Assembly: GCA_965215565.1 (NCBI GenBank)
Contig: CBDCDZ010000004.1
Coordinates: 4,128,001 to 4,192,000, forward strand
Origin: Trueperaceae bacterium
GTDB taxonomy: Bacteria > Deinococcota > Deinococci > Deinococcales > Trueperaceae
Length of the DNA: 64,000 nt
Direction: 5' to 3'
The stretch's first letter is position 1, and every line of letters begins with the position of its first letter. Of this stretch, positions 39,412-50,506 are shown piece by piece. Made by a program: the position numbers and the translations under genes. The notes beneath the pieces are model-generated. The model was not told the origin of the DNA. It worked only from the letters and a program-made list of their open reading frames with translations, and made no database searches.

Positions 39412-40194
39412 ATGCGAATAGTGGCTCCTCTCCTCCTCATTCTTTTGGTAAGCTGCGCACCTAGCCAGAATATCGAACTAGCGACGAAGACGGTAGCCCG
39501 AGCTGCCGCGCTCGCTGATCTAGACGGTTTAGAGCCGTTTGAGGCGAGCGCTAGACCTTTTGCCGAGCGCCCTATCGTCGCGGCTCCTAACTTTACAGTG
39601 CGCTCGAATAACCTCAAGCTCAAAGGACAAGAACTCAAAGGCAAAGACGACAGCTACTTCGTCGAACTCGGCTCGGGCGTCGCTGATATTTTGATCAGCG
39701 AACTCTACCGCAGCGAACAGTTTCGCATCACCGAACGGATGCAGCTCGCGCAGATTTTGTTCGAGCAGGATTTGGGGCAGTCGGGGCGGGTGGATAAAGA
39801 GACGGCGGCGGAGGTTGGGCGCATCACCGGGGCGGAACTGCTCATCTTCGGGAGCGTGACGGAGTTTAGCGTCTCGACAACGGGCGGTGGTGGACGATTT
39901 TTTGGACTTTTAGGCGGCTCGGCTGAAATCGTGACCGCTAGAGTCACCGTGGATTTGCGCTTCGTGGACGCAGCGACGGCTGAAATCGTCGCAATCGGCA
40001 GTTCGACAGCCGAAGCTTCACAGGGCAATGTACAAGTGGACGTTTTGAACGTGATTCGCGGCTTACAAGCGGGGCGCACCGGCACGACGATCGTAGACCT
40101 CGCAGTGCGCAACGCGATTATCGGCGCGGTCAACGAGGGAGCGGACGACTTTTTCGGCTCGGTGCAGTACTCGAGCAAAAGTTCGAGCGATTGA
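39412..40194 (+). CDS. CsgG/HfaB family lipoprotein
   Basis: LVSC lipobox; FRITER, EQDL, GAELLIFGSVTEF and VDLRFVD motifs; leaderless TATACT-N7-ATG. Confidence 0.8.
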   Translation: MRIVAPLLLILLVSCAPSQNIELATKTVARAAALADLDGLEPFEASARPFAERPIVAAPNFTVRSNNLKLKGQELKGKDDSYFVELGSGVADILISELYRSEQFRITERMQLAQILFEQDLGQSGRVDKETAAEVGRITGAELLIFGSVTEFSVSTTGGGGRFFGLLGGSAEIVTARVTVDLRFVDAATAEIVAIGSSTAEASQGNVQVDVLNVIRGLQAGRTGTTIVDLAVRNAIIGAVNEGADDFFGSVQYSSKSSSD

Positions 40195-40238
40195 AGCTTG
40201 CGCCGTACTGAAGTGAAAATGGTGTAATTTTCGTTATA

Positions 40239-41474
40239 CTACGCACGCTTTTCGGTTTCCGCCTCGACGGGTTTTGCAACGGGGACGCTCGCCGTTATCT
40301 GGGTTCCGGCTTGCGGTGCGGCGCGTATCTCGAGCGTGCCCCCGACCGACGCGATATGCTCCTCTAAACCGATCAGCCCGAAGTGGTTGTCATGGGCTAG
40401 GGCGCTGAGTTGCTCGGGTGGGGTAAAGCCCTGTCCGTCGTCGCGTACCTTTAGTACGGCGGCACCCTCCCTCAATTGTAGTGACACCTCCGCGCGACGC
40501 GCCCTGGCATGTTTGAAGACGTTGCGGAGCGCTTCTTGGGCGGTGCGAAAGAGGCAGAGAGCGACGGGGGCGGAGACCGTGCGTCCGTCCGTCTGAATGT
40601 CGGCGTCGATATCGACGCCGTGCTTCTCTCCTCGAAGCTGGGTCAGGTAGTTTCTGAGCGTGACCTCAAGTCCAAGTTCCTCCAGCCCCGAGGGGCGCAA
40701 GCCGCCGATGAGGTGGCGCAGTTCTTTGGAAACCCCTAAAACTGCCTTGCGGTGCGCGCCGAGTGTTTCATACTCGGGATGTGCACTCCCTAGACCTTTT
40801 TGGCTTTCGGCGAGACCGTACGAGATGCCGATGAGCTGTTGTACCGCGCCGTCGTGGAGTTCGCGAGCTAAGTGGCGGCGTTCGCGCTCACGGATGTCGG
40901 CGAGTTTGATGCGGAGCGCGTTGAGTTCTCCCTCGGCACGTCTGCGGTTGGCGTTCTCGTGCTCGAGTTGCTCATTGGCTCCCTGAAGCTCTGCGGTGCG
41001 CGCCTCGACTCTCGCCTCCAATTCGTCGTTCGCACGCTTGAGCGCCGCTTCCGCCTTGAGACGGGCACGCTGCGTGGCAGTTTCGCGAAGCGCCCGGTCC
41101 ACTGCGGGTCCCAAGCGGTGAAGCTGACTCTTGTTGATGAGGTCAGACGCGCCCAGTTGCATGAGGTGAACCGCCGCCTCTTCACCCACCGCGCCCGAGA
41201 CAACGATGCAAGGGATAGGCGTCTCGCGCTCTTCCAACAGCTCCAACACATCGTGCGAGCTTAGCTGCGGCATGGCGTGGTCCGAAAGGACGATGTTCCA
41301 GTCAAAAAAACCGAGATTTTCCTCAATTTCGGCGCGAGTCTGGGCAAACTCCGCGGTGACGGCGAACCCGTAGCGGCGCAGCTCTAAAACGGCGAGTTCG
41401 GCGTCTTGAGTGGAGTCGTCCACCACGAGAACGCGCAGCGGGATGCCGCCAAGGGCTTGGCTTATGTGGTTCAC
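40239..41474 (-). CDS. Hybrid receiver / HisKA_3 (NarX-type) histidine kinase
   Basis: VLVVDD..SDHAMP receiver; ERRHLARELHD, QEALRNVFKHA and VRDDGQGF motifs. Confidence 0.88.
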   Translation of the reverse strand: MNHISQALGGIPLRVLVVDDSTQDAELAVLELRRYGFAVTAEFAQTRAEIEENLGFFDWNIVLSDHAMPQLSSHDVLELLEERETPIPCIVVSGAVGEEAAVHLMQLGASDLINKSQLHRLGPAVDRALRETATQRARLKAEAALKRANDELEARVEARTAELQGANEQLEHENANRRRAEGELNALRIKLADIRERERRHLARELHDGAVQQLIGISYGLAESQKGLGSAHPEYETLGAHRKAVLGVSKELRHLIGGLRPSGLEELGLEVTLRNYLTQLRGEKHGVDIDADIQTDGRTVSAPVALCLFRTAQEALRNVFKHARARRAEVSLQLREGAAVLKVRDDGQGFTPPEQLSALAHDNHFGLIGLEEHIASVGGTLEIRAAPQAGTQITASVPVAKPVEAETEKRA

Positions 41475-41496
41475 GAATAACCTTTGTAAGGTCTAC

Positions 41497-41946
41497 TCAC
41501 GCTACCGGATGCCAAGGGTTTTCGTTCAGTACGAGCCAGTACACGCCGAGCTGCCGAATCGCTTCAGAGAACGCCTCGAAGTCGACGGGTTTGCGCACGT
41601 AGGAATTCGCGCCTTTCGAATAGCTCTGCACCACGTCGCGCTCTTCTTGAGAGGTCGTGAGCATAATTACGGGCAAGAGCTTGGTGTCGTCGTGTCGGCG
41701 CAGTTCGGCGAGCACGTCTAAGCCGCTCATCTTGGGTAGGTTGATATCCAAAAGGACGAACTGCGGCATGGTGTCCACGCGCTCAGCGTATTCGCCGCGC
41801 CGCAACAAGAAGTCGAGCGCCGCCGCGCCGTCTTGCAGCACGACGATCTCGTTGATGAGGTTGTGGCGGCGCAGCGCGCGAATCGTTAAGTCGATATCGT
41901 CCTGATTGTCCTCGACCAAAAGAAGGTAGGTGTTGTCTTGCATCAT
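41497..41946 (-). CDS. Single-domain response regulator (Rcp-like)
   Basis: LLVEDN..D, LLDINLP, LTTS and GANSYVRKP motifs; start MMQDN. Confidence 0.88.
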   Translation of the reverse strand: MMQDNTYLLLVEDNQDDIDLTIRALRRHNLINEIVVLQDGAAALDFLLRRGEYAERVDTMPQFVLLDINLPKMSGLDVLAELRRHDDTKLLPVIMLTTSQEERDVVQSYSKGANSYVRKPVDFEAFSEAIRQLGVYWLVLNENPWHPVA

Positions 41947-41974
41947 AGTGTCCCTATTATGACCTATTCTAAAG

Positions 41975-44900
41975 CTATGTGAGGCTTTCTGATGCGGTAG
42001 GTTCGGCGGGAGGGAGCGTGAAGTAAAAGGTTGCGCCCTCACCCACCGCCGCCTCCGCCCAGATCGCGCCGCCGTGCCGATGCATCACGCGCTGCACCGT
42101 CGCTAAACCGATGCCCGTACCCTCGAACTGGCCGGGCGAATGAAGCCGCTGAAACGCGCCGAAGAGCTTGTGCGCGTACGCCATGTCGAAGCCCGCGCCG
42201 TTGTCGCGCACGAAAAACGCCCCTTCCTCGTTCACGCCAAAGGTGATGTGCGCGCTTTTTTCATGTCGGGTGAACTTCCAGGCGTTTTCGAAGAGGTTGG
42301 TCAGCGCGATGCGAAGGAGCCGCTTATCGCCCTGAGCACATAGCCCACCCTGAATCTCGAGCGAAACCTCACGTTCCGGTTCGCGTTCTTTTAATTCTGC
42401 GACGATAGACGCCGCTTTAGCGCTTAAATTGACCTCTTCATGCTTCATCTCGCTGCGCGAGAGCCTCGAGAACGCCAGCATATCGTCGATGAGCGTGCCC
42501 ATGCGCTGCGCCCCCGAACGTACCCGCCTCAGGTAATGAACCGCAGTCTCGTCCAAGGTGTCGCCCGTGTTGTAGTCCTCTAAAAGCGCTTGTGAAAACC
42601 CGTCGATGCCGCGCAGTGGGGCGCGTAAGTCGTGGGAGACGCTGTAGGAAAACGCCTCGAGTTCCTTGTTCGCCGCTTCTAGCCCAGCCGTACGCTCTGC
42701 CACGCGCTCCTCTAGCTCTTGGTTGAGTTTAAGCACCTCGGCTTCCGCCTCTTTCCGCGCAGTGACCTCTTCCACGACGGAGATGCAGTAGAGAGGTTCG
42801 CCGCTTTCACCACGTTGCAGCGCGGTGGTGAGGTCGATCCAGACGGTGTGACCGTCCTTGTGGAAGTAGCGCTTCTCCATCGTGTAGGAGTTGATGTCAC
42901 CCCTCATGAGCTGCTCGAACTGCTCGACATCCGCGCCGACGTCGTCTGGATGTGTGATGTCTTGAAAGGTCCGCGCCAAGAGTTCCGCTTCGCTGTACCC
43001 CGAGATGTTGCACAGTTTCGCATTGACCTTGAGCCACTGCCCGCCTATGCCGACGTGTCCGATGCCCACGGCGGCATTTTCAAACGTGCCGCGGAAGTTG
43101 CGCTCGCTCTCCAAAAGCGCCTCTTGCGCCTCTTTGCGAACGGTGATGTCGTCGAAAAGTGAGTAGACCTGAAAGGGTTCCGTCTCGCCCGGTCCAAACT
43201 GCGGCACGGCGTCCACCGAGAGCCAGCGGTAGCGTTCATCGTTAGGGTTATAGACCGCCATCACGACGTTTTCGACTACCTTACCCGCGCGGAGCGCCCG
43301 CATCGGCGGGTGCTCTTCGCCCGGAAAGTCGCTGCCGTCTTCGCGCAAGGCTCGCCAGCGCAGGTCCGCCGAATAGCGCCCCGTTATCTCGTCGTTTGTA
43401 AGACCTAAAATCCGCTCGGCAGCGGGGTTGGCGGATATGATTTCACCTTTAGCGTCCTGATAGACCACCGCTTGCGTCATCGTTTCGAAGAGCGTGCGGT
43501 ACTCCGCCTCGGATTTGCGCAGCGCTTCTTCCGTCTCTCTTTGCTCTGTGGTCTCCGTCAATACTCCGACAAAGCGCACGGCACGTCGCTCTGCCCCTGC
43601 CCCTTCAAAGAGCGCTTGTCCGGTCGCCCGAATCCAGCGAACGCCGCCTTCGGGTTTAAGGACGCGGTACTCGAGGTCGTAGTCTCCCGTCTCACTTGAG
43701 CGCGTCACCTCTTCCACCTTTTGGGCGACGTCATCACGTTCGTCTGGGTGAATGTGAGAAATCGCTCCCTCTAGGCTTAGCAAGCCCTCGGAGGGCAAGT
43801 CGAATCTCACGACCACGTTTGTCCATACTAAACGTACCGTTGACGTCGATGTCCCACGTCCCCATCGCCGCTGCTTCCAGCGCGACGCGCCGCTGCTCCT
43901 CGCTCTCGCGCAGCATCTCTTCGGCGAGCTTTTGCTCCGTACCATCGCGAAAGACCTTGGCGAAGCCGCGCAGCTCACCCGCGTCGTTGCGCAACGCGGT
44001 CACCGTCCCGTCGGCAAAGAAGCGCGTCCCGTCCCTGCGCAGATGCCAGCGCACGTCTTTGGCCGAACTACGGGCGATGCGCATCTCCGTTTCGTATGCT
44101 CCTGGGTGTCGTGAGGGGTGAAGATGAGGTCGTGACGGCCCACCTCCGCTTCGCGCTGCCCCATGACCCGCTCGGCTCCGGCGTTCCATTCGCCCGCCGG
44201 ATCGGTGATGACAACCGCGTAGTCTCGCGCCTCTGAAACGAGCAGTTGCAAGCGTTCGGTAGTCTCTTGCAGGGCTTCTCGAGCCCTTTCGCGCTCGGTG
44301 ACGTCTTGCACCACGCCGAACAGTTCAGCGGGCACACGCTCGCCGTTTTCCTCCATAAAGCGGCACTGCCCGCGCACCGCCATCCAGCGCACTTCACCGT
44401 CCACGCCGTAAAAGCGGTGCTCGGCCATATAACGGTTTTCGGGTTCCTGCGGATTCGTCGCGTGAAGGATGGCGCGTTCCAACGCGGGGAGGTCGTCGGG
44501 GTGGACGAGGTCTAACATCGCGCCCGCTTCGGCTTCAGCCGGGACGCCGAAGAGGTCTTGACAGCGCGCGTCAAACCACATTCGCCCGCTCTGTAAGTTG
44601 CGGCTCCAGATGCCGAGTTCTGCGCCGTCGAGCGCGAGCCTGAGCCGCTGCTCGTTTTGCTGCAAAGTTCCTTTGGTCTCTTCGCGCTCGGTCACGTTCG
44701 CTGCCGACGCGACGAGGCTCGAGACGTTACCTCGAGCGTCGCGAACAGGTGCGAGCATGAAATCTACGGTGAGAAAGCGGTCCTTGCTCATCCGCACCTG
44801 CGTATCAAAGCGTTGCGTTTCGCCCCGAGCAACCTTGCGAATCGCCTCTCGCAACCTCCTCTGCACCGCCGCATCGTGTCGCCACCAAGGCGTTTCGGCA

Positions 44901-45658
44901 AAAGGTAAGCCGATGACGGCGGCGAGCGCCACGTCCGAAGCGTCCAGCGCGGCGCGGTTGACATATTGGAGCGTGCCGTCCGGGTCCAGCACAGCCACAA
45001 AGGTGAGCAAATGGTCCAGCACGTCCAAGAGGCGGCTTTCCGAAGCGCGGACTTCACGTTCGGCGCGTTCTCTCGCTTGGACCTCGAGCCGCAACGCCTG
45101 GTTCGACTCGTCAAGCGCACGGGTGCGCTCGCGGATACGCTCTTCTAAAGTATCGCGTGCCCGTCTGACCTCTTCGGTGGCTTCTTTGCGCGCCATCGCG
45201 TCGTTCTGTACGCCTAAAAAGAGCACCAACTTGCCCTCTTCGTCGTAGACCGGCGAGAGGTAGAGGTGATTCCAGAACATCGTCCCGTCTTGGCGGTAGT
45301 TGCGCAGCTCTACATCCGTGCTCTCGCCCAACTGAACCGCCGCGCGAAGCTGCCTGACACCTTCTTGGTCGCGGTCCTCGCCCTGCAAAAAGCGGCAGTT
45401 CTGACCGATGACCTCATCTGGACCGTAGCCCGTGAGCTTCTCGAAGCCGCCGTTGACGTAGATGATGGGGTTATCGGCTTGGTTGGGGTCGGTGACGACG
45501 ATGGTGTTGTCGAAGGCGTCTAAAATTGCGCCGAGAAGCTCCAAGCGGTCCGACGAGGTGACGAGCGCGGTGAGTCGGTGCTCCAAATCTTGAATGCGGC
45601 TTCTGTCGTTTGCCCGCATCCGTTCGGCGTCGTGTTCGCTGTTGCGTTGACTCGTCAT
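41975..45658 (-). pseudogene. LOV + multi-PAS sensor histidine kinase interrupted by two frameshifts (pseudogene or assembly error)
   Basis: GQNCRFLQ LOV motif; PAS homology moves into ORF 43734-44189 between about 44100 and 43810; SHDLRAPL HisKA and HATPase at the C-terminus. Confidence 0.8.
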
Positions 45659-46112
45659 TTATAGAGGTGCACCCATGACGAAGAGAAAGGCGAAGAGAAA
45701 AAGGTGTGTTCTGAGGTGTTGCGCGGTGTTCATGCGCATAATGTACCCCGAAGTAGACGGGAAAATCGTCGGCAGTACGAACCTTTTTGCAGTGTGTCAA
45801 AAATCTCATAGCGCGCGTTTACGGGCGTACTATCACGTTGAAAAGTGGGCGAAACCTCCTCTGTAGAATGAGCGTATTTCAAGAGGTTGTTCAAGAGGTA
45901 GAAGTGCGTGACAGGGGCGCAAACACTCTCCGACGAAAAACCCCGAATAAGGCGCGCTCACGCCATCATTAAGGGCGCGCTTGACCCAAAGCGCTTTACA
46001 AATCTCCACCGCAAAAGGTAGCATAGTGTAGCGAGGGGAAAACTTCACATGACCCAGAGATGCGGTCGCTACGATTCAATCTCTAAACCTGGGTCACTCT
46101 AAAGGAGAAAAT

Positions 46113-47126
46113 ATGCAAAGACGTTTATTTTTAATCATTGTGCTCTGTGCTGCGTTTAGTGTGGCTTCAGCGCAGAACCTGCTCGAGGAGATTCAAGACC
46201 GGGGCACCTTGGTGTGCGGCGTCAACGAAAGGCTGCCCGGTTTCGGCAGCGTGGATGACCAGGGCGAGTTTGAGGGCTTCGACGTGGACTTCTGCCGCGC
46301 CTTTGCCGCGGCCATCGTCGGCGACGCTAACGCCGTCGAGTTCCGCCCGCTCAGCGCCCAAGACCGCTTTACGGCGGTGCAGACGGGCGAGGTGGACGTC
46401 CTAGCCCGCAACTCCACCTGGACGAGCAGCCGTGACACCACCGTCGGGATGCAGTTTGCGCCCGTCAACTTCTACGACGGTCAAGGCTTCATGGTGCGCC
46501 GCGACTCGGGCATCGAGTCCATCGAAGACCTAGAGGGCCGCCGCATCGGGGTGCAGTCGGGTACTACTACCGAACTCAACCTCGCCGATACGATGGAAGC
46601 TTTGGGCATCCAGTACACGCCCGTTATCTTCGAGAACTCGGACCAGCTCGCGAGCGCCTACGACGACGGTCAGATGGACGCCTGGACGACGGACAAGTCG
46701 GGTCTCGCCAGCACGCTCATCACGCTCCGCGATCCGTCTGCGCACCGCATCATGGACGTCACGATCTCCAAAGAGCCGCTCGCGCCCGCCGTCTTGCAGG
46801 GCAACACCGCGCTTTTCGACGCCGTTAAATGGATTATGTTCGGCCTCTTCGAAGCGGAAGAGTACGGCATCACGATGGAGAACGTGGACGAGTTGGCGGA
46901 AACCACCGAGAACCCTAACATCCAGCGCATCTTGGGCGTCGAGCCTGAGAACGTTGAGGGTATCGGTCTCCCCGCTGAGGGCATCCGCAACGCGATTGCA
47001 GCGGTCGGCAACTACGGCGAAATCTACAATCGCAACTTGGGTCCAGATACGCCCTTCGATATTCCGCGCGGCTTAAACGCGCAGTACTACGACGGAGGTC
47101 TCATCTACGGGATGCCCTTTCGTTAA
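46113..47126 (+). CDS. Amino-acid ABC transporter substrate-binding protein (AapJ/BztA-like)
   Basis: Signal peptide; GFDVDFCRA, FYDGQGFMV, ISKEPL and VGNYGEIY motifs. Confidence 0.92.
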   Translation: MQRRLFLIIVLCAAFSVASAQNLLEEIQDRGTLVCGVNERLPGFGSVDDQGEFEGFDVDFCRAFAAAIVGDANAVEFRPLSAQDRFTAVQTGEVDVLARNSTWTSSRDTTVGMQFAPVNFYDGQGFMVRRDSGIESIEDLEGRRIGVQSGTTTELNLADTMEALGIQYTPVIFENSDQLASAYDDGQMDAWTTDKSGLASTLITLRDPSAHRIMDVTISKEPLAPAVLQGNTALFDAVKWIMFGLFEAEEYGITMENVDELAETTENPNIQRILGVEPENVEGIGLPAEGIRNAIAAVGNYGEIYNRNLGPDTPFDIPRGLNAQYYDGGLIYGMPFR

Positions 47127-47143
47127 GCCGAAAGAGTAATATG

Positions 47144-47173
47144 CGGGGTGATGGTTTGAGCCATCACCCCTTT
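47144..47173 (+). terminator. Hairpin after the SBP gene (terminator or mRNA stabiliser)
   Basis: GGGGTGATGG-TTTGAG-CCATCACCCC-TTT. Confidence 0.65.
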
Positions 47174-47361
47174 CGCTATAAAGACGCTTGGACTCGAGCC
47201 GTTCGCTATATCTCAATTTAAGCTAGAACGTTCGGTTACGAAGCAAAACTTGGATTTTACCAGCAGAAAATTTATCACATTTTATTAACCGCGATCAGCC
47301 GCGAAGTTAGAGGTGACGAGGTGCGTGTCAACCACACATTCTGGCATTTTGGAACGCTCTG

Positions 47362-49191
47362 ATGGCGTCACGTTCATTTCAGGAGAATAAAAGAGGTGAG
47401 GGCGAGCGAATCCCCTTCTACCGCAACGTCAAGCTCATCGGCGTTATCGCGCAAGTTGTCTTTGTGCTCCTGCTTATCGCTGCGGGATACATCCTCTACA
47501 ACAACGTGACCACCGCGCTCGACCGCTCGAACTTGCCCGCGGACTTCGGCTTTTTAGACGCGAGGGCGGGCGTGCCCATCGCGGAGACGCCGATTCAGTA
47601 TGAGCCGAGCGATTCTTATGGGCGGGCGCTCATCGTGGGCGTTTTGAACACCTTGCGCGTGGCGCTCGTCGGCGTGGTGCTGACGACGCTTTTAGGAATT
47701 TTAGTCGGGGTGATGCGGCTCTCGAGTAACTGGCTCATGCGCCAAATTGCCACCGTCTATATTGAGGCGATTCGCAACACGCCCCTAGCGGTCCAGCTCG
47801 TCTTCTGGTTCACCGCCGTGCTCGTGCCGATCCCGCCGCGCATTTCCAATCCGGTGGACTTGCCGGGAGGGATTTACTTTAGTCAGGTCGGTCTAGCCCT
47901 GCCCTGGCTCTATCCGTCGTACAGCTTCTCGAGTTGGCTCCCTTGGCTCGTCGCGGCGCTCGTCGTGCTCGCCGCGTTCTACCTCTTTCGGCGCAGACAG
48001 ATCGAGCGCTCGGAGCGTCCCGGCAACGCCTGGCTCTGGCCGCTCCTCTCGGCGGCCGGCATCGCTGTGGTCGGCTACGTCGTCGTGACCTTCACGACGG
48101 GGTTGCCTGAAAACCTCGCCACCGACTTCCAAGCCAACCGGGGACGCGGCGTCGTATTTGCTGACAGTAACGACAACGGCTTACGCGACGCGGGCGAGCC
48201 GGTCGTCCCTTACGCCGTAGCCCGCGTCAACGTCGAGGAAGGCACGCTGACCACCAACACCCAGAACTTCGTCGAGTCGCGCAGCTTTGTCAATAGCACC
48301 TTCCGCTTCCCCGCGATCGAAAATATCGAGGTGGGCGAGGCTGAACTCTCCTTTACCAACCCCGAGCAGGCTGAAGGGCTCGCCATTCACACGCTCAACT
48401 ACCCGAGCACGGGCGTCGTTTATGAGGATAGAAACGGCAACGGCGAGTACGACGAGGGTGAAGAGGTGGGCGCTGAGGGTGCGGGCTTCGGGAACGTCGG
48501 CGTCACCTTGCAAGTCGAGGAGTTCAGCCGCCGCATCGTCGCGGATAGAGGCGGGCAAATTCGCATCCCCATCTTCGAGGGGGCGCAAGCCGAAGGCGAA
48601 GGCGGGGAAGAAAGCGCTAGCAGCTCACAGGGCGGCGGAGGCGGACTCGGCTCGCTCTTCAACCGCTCGAGCGGCGGCAGCTCGAACGCCGTAGACGCGA
48701 GCGTAGAACTCCAAGCCGCCGCGCCACTCGTCCTGAGCTTCCCGAGCGTTCCGCGCGGCAACTACGTCGGCGGCATCAGCCTCTCGGCGGCGTACTTAGC
48801 GCTCCTCATCGGTCTCGTCGTCTACACGGCGAGCTTCATCGCGGAAATTGTGCGCGGCGGCATCCAAGCGGTCCCTAAAGGTCAGCGCGAAGCGGCGAAA
48901 GCGGTGGGTCTCAGCAACTTTCAGACCTTCCGGCTCGTCGTCTTTCCGCAAGCATTGCGCATCATCTTACCGCCCATGATCAGCCAATACCTCAACCTGA
49001 CTAAAAACTCGTCGCTAGCGATTCTCGTGACCTTTCAGGACTTCTTCTCGATCAGCAACATCGTTGCGAACCAAACCGGCGCGGCGATCCCTGTGATTCT
49101 CATTGTGATTGGTGGGTACCTCATTATCAGCTTGACGTTTGCGTTTATCCTCAACATCGTCAACGAGCGCATGGCGCTGGTGGAGCGCTAA
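47362..49191 (+). CDS. Amino-acid ABC permease (AapQ/BztB-like) with a large inserted soluble domain
   Basis: IRNTPL, AEIVRGGIQAVPKGQREAA and LTKNSSLA motifs; 609 aa. Confidence 0.88.
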   Translation: MASRSFQENKRGEGERIPFYRNVKLIGVIAQVVFVLLLIAAGYILYNNVTTALDRSNLPADFGFLDARAGVPIAETPIQYEPSDSYGRALIVGVLNTLRVALVGVVLTTLLGILVGVMRLSSNWLMRQIATVYIEAIRNTPLAVQLVFWFTAVLVPIPPRISNPVDLPGGIYFSQVGLALPWLYPSYSFSSWLPWLVAALVVLAAFYLFRRRQIERSERPGNAWLWPLLSAAGIAVVGYVVVTFTTGLPENLATDFQANRGRGVVFADSNDNGLRDAGEPVVPYAVARVNVEEGTLTTNTQNFVESRSFVNSTFRFPAIENIEVGEAELSFTNPEQAEGLAIHTLNYPSTGVVYEDRNGNGEYDEGEEVGAEGAGFGNVGVTLQVEEFSRRIVADRGGQIRIPIFEGAQAEGEGGEESASSSQGGGGGLGSLFNRSSGGSSNAVDASVELQAAAPLVLSFPSVPRGNYVGGISLSAAYLALLIGLVVYTASFIAEIVRGGIQAVPKGQREAAKAVGLSNFQTFRLVVFPQALRIILPPMISQYLNLTKNSSLAILVTFQDFFSISNIVANQTGAAIPVILIVIGGYLIISLTFAFILNIVNERMALVER

Positions 49192-49192
49192 G

Positions 49193-50410
49193 ATGGCGAC
49201 CTCACGTAAGCCCCCTACCGGAACAACAGGCGTCGCAGGTTGGTTGCGCGGTAACCTCTTCAATTCGGTGGTCGATTCCATTCTTACGGTGGTCATGGGT
49301 GTGCTCATCGTTTGGACGATGTATAACTTTCTAACCTGGGCGTTCTACGCCGCGTCATGGCAGCAAGTTTGGAACAACCTCAAGCTCTTCTCCATCTACC
49401 GCTACCCCTTCGACCTCCTGTGGCGTCCGATTCTCGTGATCGGTCTGCTCATGGGTCTTTTAGGGTTTTCGGCAACAGCTATTCAAGAAAGTGTCAGTAA
49501 AATCTTGAAGGGCGCGTTCTGGCAGTTTTTCGCGCTGCTCGCGCTCATTACGGTGGTTGCGTTCATCATGGGCTGGGGTGTGCAGGGGTGGTGGCTCGCG
49601 GCGAGCGCTCTAGCCCTTGCTGGGTATTTCGGCGGGCGCGCCGCGCCTTCACTTGCCGGAACGGTGCCCTGGCTCTGGCTCGGCGCGTTAGTCATCAGCT
49701 TTTTTCTTCTTTTCGGTATACCGGGCGTGCGCTCTGGTGCGCTGCACGTTGTGCCTGTGCGTGAATGGGGCGGCATCGTCCTCACGTTTATCCTCACGAC
49801 GGGCGTCATCGTGAGCTTTCCGCTGGGCGTCGCCTTGGCGCTCGGGCGGCGCAGCAAGCTGCCCGCCATCAAGTACTTCTGCATCGGCTTCATCGAGCTG
49901 ATACGCGGCGCACCGCTCATCTCCTGGCTCTTTATCGCCGCGCTTTTGGTGCCGCTCATTCTCAACATCGACACAGCCAGCATCAGCGGCCTCGTGAAAG
50001 CGTACGTTGCCGTAACACTCTTCTCGGCGGCGTACATGGCGGAAAACGTGCGCGGCGGCTTACAGTCGGTCCCGAAAGGTCAGCCGGAAGCGGCGAGGGC
50101 GCTCGGACTCTCCGCGTGGCAAACAACGCGCCTCATCGTTCTGCCGCAAGCCCTTAAAGCGGTGATTCCCGCCATCGTCGGACAAGCCATCGGACTTTTT
50201 AAGGACACCTCGCTCGTCTTTATCGTCGCGCTCTTCGATGTATTTAACGTGCACAACATCGTTGCAAACCAAGTCGCCTCGAGAGAGATCACAGGCGGCA
50301 TTCGCCTCGAGCTTAGCCTCTTTTTAGCCATCTTCTACTTCTTCTTCGCCTTCCGCATGAGCTTGGCGAGCCGGCAGTTAGAGGAGCAGTTGGGAGTGGG
50401 AACGAGGTAG
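49193..50410 (+). CDS. Amino-acid ABC permease (AapM/BztC-like)
   Basis: IELIRGAPL, AENVRGGLQSVPKGQPEAA and FKDTSL motifs. Confidence 0.9.
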   Translation: MATSRKPPTGTTGVAGWLRGNLFNSVVDSILTVVMGVLIVWTMYNFLTWAFYAASWQQVWNNLKLFSIYRYPFDLLWRPILVIGLLMGLLGFSATAIQESVSKILKGAFWQFFALLALITVVAFIMGWGVQGWWLAASALALAGYFGGRAAPSLAGTVPWLWLGALVISFFLLFGIPGVRSGALHVVPVREWGGIVLTFILTTGVIVSFPLGVALALGRRSKLPAIKYFCIGFIELIRGAPLISWLFIAALLVPLILNIDTASISGLVKAYVAVTLFSAAYMAENVRGGLQSVPKGQPEAARALGLSAWQTTRLIVLPQALKAVIPAIVGQAIGLFKDTSLVFIVALFDVFNVHNIVANQVASREITGGIRLELSLFLAIFYFFFAFRMSLASRQLEEQLGVGTR

Positions 50411-50506
50411 AAGGATTAAGAGAAAAGAACCGAGAGAAAAGGGAAAAGAAGAAAACCTTTCACCTTTTCTCTTTTACCTTTTAACTTCTTTTTGAAAGGA
50501 CTATCT

